Below, piece after piece: positions 57,563-64,000 of a DNA stretch of 64,000 nt. The translations under genes were made by a program, and so were the position numbers. A model generated the notes under the pieces. It was not told the origin of the DNA. It saw only the letters and a list, made by a program, of their open reading frames with translations, and made no database searches. Within the stretch, counting starts at the first letter, position 1, and every line of letters starts with the position of its first letter. The stretch spans positions 110,125-174,124 of the forward strand of contig JAUNUK010000003.1 in NCBI GenBank assembly GCA_030538185.1, in the 5' to 3' direction. This DNA comes from Actinomycetaceae bacterium (GTDB taxonomy: Bacteria > Actinomycetota > Actinomycetes > Actinomycetales > Actinomycetaceae).

Positions 57563-58336
57563 ATGGTCCCAATAGACGACACAGGTAATTCTTCAGATCC
57601 TTCTCACCAGGACACGCAAGCGACTCCTCCTTCCTCGCCTCCACCCGGAGAAATTCAGGGAGTTGGCCCCTGGTCCGAGGGCGATTACCCAAGTGATCCT
57701 CACTTTGATCCGCAGCTCTTGCGCGAAGGGGATGCGCGTAATGTGCTTGACCGCTATAGGTATTGGACAGTCGAGGCCATTGTGGAAGACCTTGACCGGC
57801 GTTTAGATGACCCGCCGATTGAGCCGAGTACTCCAGATGCTGCGCATGCGCTGGGCAAAACCACCACACAATCCCAGAAGCTATTGCCACGCCTGGATAT
57901 GGCAATAGAAAACCTGGGACACGATTTCAATATTGGCTCAGTCATACGCACCGCTAACTGCTTGGGTGTTCGCCACGTGCATATCCTTGGTCGCAAACGT
58001 TTCAACAGGCGAGGTGCCATGGTGACAGATCGATACCTGCACATGCACTACCATCCAGATATTTCTTCGCTAAAGGAATACGCTGTGCAGCAGCATTTAG
58101 TTTTGTGCGCGCTGGACAATCTGGAAGGCGCCCTGCCCCTGGAAACCGCAACAATTCCTGCCCGCATGATACTCATTGCCGGGGAAGAATCATCTGGAAT
58201 AACACCAGAAGTTGCAAGGAATTGCGAGATGATGTTCGAGATAACCCAGCACGGATCGTCAAGGTCCATGAATGTGGGAGCCGCTTCGGCCATAGCCATG
58301 TGGGCTTGGCGGGCCCAAAACCCACCACCGCAGTAA
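57563..58336 (+). CDS. SpoU/TrmH-family RNA 2'-O-methyltransferase
   Basis: SpoU motifs are present (NIGSVIRTANCLG, LIAGEESSGI, SMNVGAASAIAMW). The N-terminal roughly 60 aa are low-complexity and the start is uncertain. Confidence 0.8.
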   Translation: MVPIDDTGNSSDPSHQDTQATPPSSPPPGEIQGVGPWSEGDYPSDPHFDPQLLREGDARNVLDRYRYWTVEAIVEDLDRRLDDPPIEPSTPDAAHALGKTTTQSQKLLPRLDMAIENLGHDFNIGSVIRTANCLGVRHVHILGRKRFNRRGAMVTDRYLHMHYHPDISSLKEYAVQQHLVLCALDNLEGALPLETATIPARMILIAGEESSGITPEVARNCEMMFEITQHGSSRSMNVGAASAIAMWAWRAQNPPPQ

Positions 58337-58345
58337 GCGACTATC

Positions 58346-58358
58346 CGCCCTCGGAAAT
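58346..58358 (-). repeat. copy of 13-mer ATTTCCGAGGGCG (intergenic, 10 nt after TrmH-like stop)
   Basis: The plus strand reads CGCCCTCGGAAAT. Confidence 0.9.
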
Positions 58359-58384
58359 TGTTGGAATGAACTGAAGGAGTCAGC

Positions 58385-59161
58385 ATGTCTTGGGCCGTAA
58401 TAACCGGAGCCTCCAGCGGCTTGGGTGAGGAATTCGCCTGGCAGTTCGCGGCCGAGAAAGTCGGATTGGTTTTGGTGGCCAGACGCAAGGACCGCCTAGT
58501 CAGCCTGGCACACAAAATCTCGCAGGTCGCAGGCATACCTGTAGAAGTTTTGGTCGCTGACCTAGAGAAACGTGAAGACCTGGACCGGGTATGCAGGCGA
58601 GTGTCCGATCCCGACAAGCCTGTCGATGTGCTCGTGAACAATGCGGGCTTCGGTCTGGGGCAAAGCTTTTTAGGTGGGGATAGACACAAAGAAGAAGCCG
58701 CCTTGGACGTTATGGTGCGCGCGGTCCTGGTTTTGTCGCACGCGGCTGCACACGCCATGAGCCTGCGAGGACGCGGGGCAATCATCAATGTCGCCTCGGC
58801 CACGGCAGGTACGGCCATGGGCACCTACGCTTCACACAAGACCTGGGTCGTAAACTTCACCGAAGGCCTATCTACAGAACTCCAAGATACAGGAGTACAT
58901 GTCACAGCGGTTTTGCCCGGTCTTGTTCACACAGATTTTCACGAGACAGCCTCGATGGATTGGCGGGCTTGGCCCACTTTTGGGTTTATTTCGCGCGCCT
59001 TGGTTGTACGAGAGGCCATTGAGGCGGCTCGCCGAGGGCGGGTCTTGGTCACTCCAAGCGTTATGTATCAAGCTTTGGGGTGCATAATCCGCCATGCTCC
59101 GCGTCCGATGGTCAGGGCTCTTGCCGGGGCTGGACTCTTTGCCAGGGCACTTGATCGCTAA
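58385..59161 (+). CDS. short-chain dehydrogenase/reductase (SDR)
   Basis: It has TGASSGLG, NNAG and YxxxK (YASHK) motifs. Confidence 0.85.
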   Translation: MSWAVITGASSGLGEEFAWQFAAEKVGLVLVARRKDRLVSLAHKISQVAGIPVEVLVADLEKREDLDRVCRRVSDPDKPVDVLVNNAGFGLGQSFLGGDRHKEEAALDVMVRAVLVLSHAAAHAMSLRGRGAIINVASATAGTAMGTYASHKTWVVNFTEGLSTELQDTGVHVTAVLPGLVHTDFHETASMDWRAWPTFGFISRALVVREAIEAARRGRVLVTPSVMYQALGCIIRHAPRPMVRALAGAGLFARALDR

Positions 59162-59164
59162 GCT

Positions 59165-59950
59165 ATGCGTATGAGGCTTGCTACTTGGAATGTGAACTCT
59201 GCGCGTACACGCGTAGAGCGCATCACCGCGTTCTTGGAACGCTGGGACGTCGATGTTTTGGCCATGCAAGAAACCAAGTGTCGCGTCGACCAGTTCCCAC
59301 GTAAGCCTTTCGAGGATATGGGCTACCACGTCGAGGTTAATGGGGCGAACCAGTGGAACGGTGTCGCAATTGTTTCACGCATGGACAGCACCTTGATCGG
59401 CACTTCTTTCCCCGGACAACCCCCGTTTGGGGAGCCTGCGGCGTTGGAGCCCAGGACTATCGGCGTGCGCTGCGGAGGAATCGCTGTGTGGTCCTTGTAC
59501 ATACCCAATGGTCGCGAGCTAGGACACCCGCATTTCGACTACAAGCTGGCCTACCTGGACGCCCTGCGCACGCATGTCGAGGACACTTTGCGCAAGGACC
59601 CCGATTCTTTGGGTATTTACGTGGGCGACTTCAATATCGCTTGGCGGGATAGCGACGTGTGGGATATGGCAGCTTTCGAGGGCGCCACACACGTCACTGC
59701 TGATGAGCGGGCGAGGCTGGATGCTTTGGAAGCTGCGGGGTTGAAAGAAGTCACCCGTGAACTGGTAGAGGGCTATACCTATTGGGACTATCAGCGCCTG
59801 CGTTTCCCAAAGAACGAGGGCATGCGCATTGACTATGCCTTCGCTACGCCGGCTTTGGGGGCACATGTGGTGGCGGCACATTTGGACCGTGAAGAGCGCA
59901 AAGGCAAAGGCGCTTCAGACCACATCCCCGTCATCGTCGACATTGCCTGA
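59165..59950 (+). CDS. xthA: exodeoxyribonuclease III
   Basis: It has LATWNVNS at the N-terminus, a C-terminal SDHIPV motif, and is 261 aa long. Confidence 0.88.
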   Translation: MRMRLATWNVNSARTRVERITAFLERWDVDVLAMQETKCRVDQFPRKPFEDMGYHVEVNGANQWNGVAIVSRMDSTLIGTSFPGQPPFGEPAALEPRTIGVRCGGIAVWSLYIPNGRELGHPHFDYKLAYLDALRTHVEDTLRKDPDSLGIYVGDFNIAWRDSDVWDMAAFEGATHVTADERARLDALEAAGLKEVTRELVEGYTYWDYQRLRFPKNEGMRIDYAFATPALGAHVVAAHLDREERKGKGASDHIPVIVDIA

Positions 59951-59977
59951 GGTTTGATCGGCACGAGGCCAAAGGCA

Positions 59978-60832
59978 CTACCTGGCGAGGGCGGTTTCTA
60001 TGAGGTCTGGCCAGTTTTCTTTGTGCCAGTCGCCAAAGGGTTGGGCACCCAAGAACGCGATAACGGTGTCGGTCAGAGGGTTTACCAATAGGAAAGACCC
60101 TGACTGACCGAAGTGCCCGAAACAGTAGGGCGGGGTATTGACTGGTGTCCAGTGCGGAGTTTTTCGCCCTCGGATCTCTATGCCCATACCCCACAGGTTG
60201 TCATTCTGCCTGCCGTAACCCGGCAAAACCCCTGACAAACCGGGCATCCACGGCTGTTGGACCAAAGCCCACATATCCCTTGAGATCAGGGTGGGCTTGG
60301 CCAATTCTTGCGCAAATGTGAGCAAGTCTGTGATAGTGCCTCGCATTGAATCCGCAGGGGATCCCGGCATCTGTGTGCGGGTCATCTCCAGAGGCTCGGT
60401 GACGGTTTTCGCGACCCACTGAGAGATGGTCATGCGCGTGGCCTTTTCAACCATCTGTCCCACCAGCTCGAAGCCCCTGTTTGAATAGATGCGGTGTGTC
60501 CGCAGGCGGGCACTTAGATGGTTGGAGGCGAAGGCCAAACCAGTCGTGTGTCCCAACAGGTCAGCAAGTGTAGAACCGGGTGGACAAGGTTCGCCTGGGG
60601 GATCAGAGAAGGTCATCAAGCCGTCCTCGACAGCCTTCCAGGTCGCGAAGGAGGTTACGAGCTTGGACACTGAGGCCCACGGAAAAACCTGAGAGATATC
60701 GCCGAATAGCTCAACGCGCTGTCCCGGACTGCGCGACCTCAGTGGCCGTGATACCGCCAAGGCGTAGGGAAAGGGGATCGCGCTCAGTCTATTTTCTAGG
60801 GAGTCAAAGGGCACTAAGTCGTTGCTGGGCAC
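59978..60832 (-). CDS. serine hydrolase, beta-lactamase/PBP fold
   Basis: It has an SxxK motif (SVSK) near the N-terminus and is 284 aa long. Confidence 0.65.
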   Translation of the reverse strand: MPSNDLVPFDSLENRLSAIPFPYALAVSRPLRSRSPGQRVELFGDISQVFPWASVSKLVTSFATWKAVEDGLMTFSDPPGEPCPPGSTLADLLGHTTGLAFASNHLSARLRTHRIYSNRGFELVGQMVEKATRMTISQWVAKTVTEPLEMTRTQMPGSPADSMRGTITDLLTFAQELAKPTLISRDMWALVQQPWMPGLSGVLPGYGRQNDNLWGMGIEIRGRKTPHWTPVNTPPYCFGHFGQSGSFLLVNPLTDTVIAFLGAQPFGDWHKENWPDLIETALAR

Positions 60833-60844
60833 GGGTCGGTGCGA

Positions 60845-61522
60845 CTATCTGATCCAGCCACAGTCGTGGTAGTGATCAACCATATCTGGCATGAACTCGG
60901 GCGTGAAATGGGCCAATAAGGATTTGGCGAGGGCAGCAGGAATATCAAGGCTGCGGTCATATAACCAAACCGTCTTCAGGCCGTGCCACAACGCGATAGT
61001 GGCATTTGCCTGGTGTATGGCGTCTTCATCTGCACGCAACTTGCCTTCAAGCTGCAGACGCGTCCAAGCCCTAGTCAATATTTGGACTAGACGTTCATTA
61101 CGTGTGTTGAAGTGCTCGTGAGCTGGGTGCAAGGGGGATGAGGCCTCGACAACCAACATGCACTCCATTTCGACAATGACCGGGGTGTCATAGAGTTTTT
61201 CGGTCATCTCGATAAAAGAATCCAAGACGGCTAGGGGTTCCATCTTGTTAGACAAAGCAGCGTTGAGCCCGGCGTCATCCTCGTAATGTTCCACAACAGC
61301 CATAAGCAGGGCTTCTTTATTTGGAAAGTGGTAAATGACCCCGGGATGGGAAATACCGACTCGGCGCGCCACGTCCCGAAGCGACATTCCGTGGTATCCG
61401 ACCTCTGCGAGGAGATCCACTGTCACATCAAGAATTGCCTCCCGACGCGCGAGACCGGAGGCGTAAGGACCACGCTCACGCTTCTCGTCCACCACTAATC
61501 GGCTTCCTTCCTCGATTTTCAT
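60845..61522 (-). CDS. TetR-family transcriptional regulator
   Basis: It has the HTH MSLRDVARRVGISHPGVIYHFPNKEAL. I prefer ATG 61522, after AGGGAGAGA, over 61558. Confidence 0.85.
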   Translation of the reverse strand: MKIEEGSRLVVDEKRERGPYASGLARREAILDVTVDLLAEVGYHGMSLRDVARRVGISHPGVIYHFPNKEALLMAVVEHYEDDAGLNAALSNKMEPLAVLDSFIEMTEKLYDTPVIVEMECMLVVEASSPLHPAHEHFNTRNERLVQILTRAWTRLQLEGKLRADEDAIHQANATIALWHGLKTVWLYDRSLDIPAALAKSLLAHFTPEFMPDMVDHYHDCGWIR

Positions 61523-62014
61523 TCTCTCCCTATCGAGTACGGGAAAGGGTGAAAGCACACCTGCTACGTGAAACTATATCAAGTTACCACCCGGTAAGTC
61601 GACATGTCAGTCATCAAATTGTCGGTCCAAAAAATATATTATCTAGAATGATTCCACTCTGTTGTTGTGCGGAAATTCTTCTTTGCGCCCAAGAAACGGG
61701 TGACCACCTCCACTTTTCCGCATATTCTAAGGGAATACCTTTGTGAAAAACAGAGATCCTCAACCTGATTTTCACAGACAAGCGACCGGCCCTCAAACGG
61801 GTGCCTTTCAGGGAGTTTACACTCATTGCACAGTCAAATCTAAGATAAAATCTCATTATGTGGACACGGTGTCTTATCTCTGCTCACCACAGATCATAGG
61901 CACGCAAGCCACAAGAGTTCCTGGCATTTGCCAAGGTCGCACGTTTTCCAGCGCGATTCTACTGCGTTGCGCTACTATGCAAATATCCCTCGTGCATATT
62001 CGCACTTCAACAGC

Positions 62015-63712
62015 ATGACAACACCTAGGAAATGGGACATTATGCGGACGAAATTTTTCTCGCCTACCTCCGATGCAACCGTGAAAGGTACCCCTGACGC
62101 AACCGTGGAGAGCTCCTCTGACACAACCGTGAAAGGTACCTCATCCCTTTCGATGCGCGTCCTAACGCTCACAGTAGGGCTGCTGCTCAGTGCGCTCCTT
62201 ATTGGGATTCTCGGCATATTCAATGTCTCTCGGGTCTATCAAGCCTCGCAAGAGATTGCACACCTTGACGAGTTGAGCTACCAGGTAGCCCAAACTAACA
62301 CCGCCATGTTGCAGGTCCGCTTGAAGGTTGTCTCTATCCCCGGTGTAAGCGGCACAGCAGACAAAGAAAAGTATCTCGAAGAGCTCAAAGAAGGCGATGC
62401 ACAGCTGCGCGAAATCTGGGCGAAAATTGAGCAACTAGGAGGTCTGGAGGTAATGCCCTCCTGGCTGGCCTATCAAGATGCGTATTCCAAATGGGAGCAG
62501 ATTCGTGATACGGCAGTAATCCCGCCCGCTATGGCCGATGACAGGGCAGGGTACAAGACAGGCCTAACAGATGGTGGATACCGAGATAACCGTGACGCCT
62601 ACCAGGCTGCCTTTAAAGAATCCCTTGAACAGATCAATACGGAAATTGCGAAAGAACGCGACGAGATCAAAACCGCCTTTTGGATGGCCATTATTACGAT
62701 ATCGCTAGTGTTTACCCTAGCCATTCTGATCGGATTATTCGTTGCCCTGCGTGTACTACGCTCCATTTCGACTCCCACCAAACAAATGCGTGATGCGCTT
62801 GGCGCATTGGCTAATGGCGATCTGTCTGTTTCCGTAAATATTCGCAACAATGACGAAATTGGTCAAATGGGCCAGGCATTTAACCGTGCGGTCCTCTCTT
62901 TACGTGAACTCCTTTCCACCGCTGGCGACATTTCGCGTGGGGTAAAGGGCACCTCCGACTCTCTACAGGGGATAGCCAGTGCGGTATCAACCGAGGTAAA
63001 CGGGGTGTCAACCCAGGCATCCTCGGTTGCAGGTGCTGCCGAGACAGTCTCGCGTAACGTGGAAACCGTGGCTGCAGGCGCCGAAGAAATGGGCGCTTCT
63101 ATCCGAGAAATATCCACCAACTCCTCCGAGGCTGCCCGGGTGGCTGCCGAGGCCGCTACCGTAGCCCAGCAGACCAACCAAATTGTTGCAAAGCTTGGTG
63201 TTTCATCTCAGCAAATCGGGGAAGTGGTAAAAACCATTACTACCATTGCTGAGCAAACCAATTTGTTGGCGCTCAACGCCACCATTGAAGCCGCTCGCGC
63301 CGGAGAATCTGGAAAGGGCTTCGCAGTGGTAGCCGGAGAGGTAAAGGACCTCGCAGCGGATACTGCTCATGCGACGGAAGAAATAGGTAACCAAGTCACT
63401 CAGATACAGGCCGACTCAGATCGGGCGGTAGAGGCAATAGAAAATATCAACGCTATTATCGCTTCAATTAACGACTACCAGACCACGATTGCTGCTGCCG
63501 TTGAAGAACAGACCGCCACCACAAATGAGATGTCACGCTCGGTGCAAGAGGCGGCCCGTGGCGCGGCAGAAATCGCTGAAAACATCCGCGATGTTGCCGA
63601 GTCTGCTTCGGCGTCTGCCAAAAACATGGGTGACATGGGGGAAGAGATCATCCAACTAAATGGCATGTCGCAACGGCTTGATGAGCAGATGAGCCAGTTC
63701 CAAATAGGGTAA
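62015..63712 (+). CDS. methyl-accepting chemotaxis protein
   Basis: It has a TM segment, a ligand domain, a second TM segment, a HAMP domain and the conserved signalling hairpin EQTNLLALNATIEAARAGESGKGFAVVAGEVKDLA. The start is uncertain (61928, 62015 or 62042). Confidence 0.85.
   Translation: MTTPRKWDIMRTKFFSPTSDATVKGTPDATVESSSDTTVKGTSSLSMRVLTLTVGLLLSALLIGILGIFNVSRVYQASQEIAHLDELSYQVAQTNTAMLQVRLKVVSIPGVSGTADKEKYLEELKEGDAQLREIWAKIEQLGGLEVMPSWLAYQDAYSKWEQIRDTAVIPPAMADDRAGYKTGLTDGGYRDNRDAYQAAFKESLEQINTEIAKERDEIKTAFWMAIITISLVFTLAILIGLFVALRVLRSISTPTKQMRDALGALANGDLSVSVNIRNNDEIGQMGQAFNRAVLSLRELLSTAGDISRGVKGTSDSLQGIASAVSTEVNGVSTQASSVAGAAETVSRNVETVAAGAEEMGASIREISTNSSEAARVAAEAATVAQQTNQIVAKLGVSSQQIGEVVKTITTIAEQTNLLALNATIEAARAGESGKGFAVVAGEVKDLAADTAHATEEIGNQVTQIQADSDRAVEAIENINAIIASINDYQTTIAAAVEEQTATTNEMSRSVQEAARGAAEIAENIRDVAESASASAKNMGDMGEEIIQLNGMSQRLDEQMSQFQIG
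62072..62143 (+). repeat. 3 x 24-nt imperfect tandem repeat inside the MCP N-terminal coding region
   Basis: The units are GATGCAACCGTGAAAGGTACCCCT / GACGCAACCGTGGAGAGCTCCTCT / GACACAACCGTGAAAGGTACCTCA, encoding D(A/T)TV(K/E)G(T/S)... Confidence 0.85.
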
Positions 63713-63775
63713 GGCCATACCAGCTCCTATTTCCAATAGCTGATCAGTGGCGACCCACACAAGGCATCGCTACTG

Positions 63776-63810
63776 GGTGACCCGCGAATTACTGTTATTC
63801 GCGGGTCACC
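63776..63810. terminator. bidirectional terminator between the MCP gene and the convergent downstream gene
   Basis: A perfect 14-bp stem (GGTGACCCGCGAAT / ATTCGCGGGTCACC) has a 7-nt loop. Confidence 0.75.
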
Positions 63811-63835
63811 CAATTACTGTTATTGGCGGGTCACC
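63786..63835 (+). repeat. 25-nt tandem duplication of the terminator right arm
   Basis: GAATTACTGTTATTCGCGGGTCACC is followed by CAATTACTGTTATTGGCGGGTCACC. The second copy overlaps the stop codon of the minus-strand ORF. Confidence 0.8.
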
Positions 63836-64000
63836 TCGCAGGCACCACCGATACGCGTAGGCCATAGGGACGTCTGGCATCCATGTAGACACCTCTGTCA
63901 CTACCACCTTCATCAGTTACAACACTGAGTTCGCCACCTTCAGCACCCACCGGCACATCGGGTACTTCTACCACAATGTGCGCGCCATCTTCGACCGAGC
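63831..64000 (-). CDS. 3' end of an unidentified CDS whose start lies beyond the window
   Basis: My hand translation of the minus strand is open from the window edge to TGA (plus-strand tca at 63831-63833): ...VEDGAHIVVEVPDVPVGAEGGELSVVTDEGGSDRGVYMDARRPYGLRVSVVPAR*. Confidence 0.4.
   Translation of the reverse strand, partial: SVEDGAHIVVEVPDVPVGAEGGELSVVTDEGGSDRGVYMDARRPYGLRVSVVPAR

Noticed and set aside
58048-58824. 258-aa ORF antisense to the TrmH-like and SDR genes
   Set aside because: It spans two real genes and their intergenic spacer, and its translation is Ala/Arg/Ser/Thr-rich with no motifs. It is a shadow ORF.
62072-62143. Tandem 24-nt repeats considered as a possible mini CRISPR or array
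   Set aside because: The repeats are contiguous with no spacers, are in frame within the MCP gene, and no cas genes are present.

Overview
This 64-kb chromosomal segment looks like a mid-GC actinobacterium, probably Actinomycetales or Actinomycetaceae-like. The clues are a RamB-type regulator divergent from isocitrate lyase, a DUF4032 gene, GH112/GH42/GH13/GH3 glycan genes and several GTG/TTG starts. The taxon cannot be proven from sequence alone. I call about 55 protein genes.

Gene content, in window order:
- a polyol/sugar oxidoreductase pair with an ABC importer and a GntR regulator
- ung
- a visibly AT-richer PucR-regulated island (carbamoyltransferase paralog, YfcC carrier, small guanidino-modifying hydrolase, D-2-hydroxyacid dehydrogenase, YjiH-like permease)
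- DUF4032, glpQ-like and ramB-like genes, then aceA and aceB
- a yefM-yoeB toxin-antitoxin pair
- a roughly 21-kb glycan-utilisation block (GH42, GH112 galacto/lacto-N-biose phosphorylase, LacI, GH13 alpha-glucosidase, GH3, four ABC importers)
- an arcB-arcC module with a YfcC carrier and a membrane-embedded LuxR regulator, but no arcA
- fba
- a DeoR/SIS/ROK/PfkB/class-II-aldolase (aga/tagatose-like) operon
- pyrE, a TrmH-like gene, an SDR gene, xthA, a beta-lactamase-fold gene, a TetR gene and an orphan MCP

I saw no rRNA, tRNA, CRISPR array, transposase or integrase.

Main hunt results:
1. The word (A)TT(T/G)CCGAGGGCG(R) is very over-represented. It occurs in genes in all frames, just after stop codons, and as inverted pairs that form terminators. 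It is absent from the AT-rich segments. This resembles a DNA-uptake-sequence or Chi-like genomic signal.
2. The PucR island is a candidate undescribed guanidino/ureido-compound pathway that would yield carbamoyl phosphate. It lacks a carbamate kinase, while the arcBC module 35 kb away lacks a deiminase.
3. Two 72-nt palindromic repeats bracket the arc module.
4. A 27-nt leader is shared by aceA and aceB.

All motif counts and GC impressions were made by eye and need computational confirmation.
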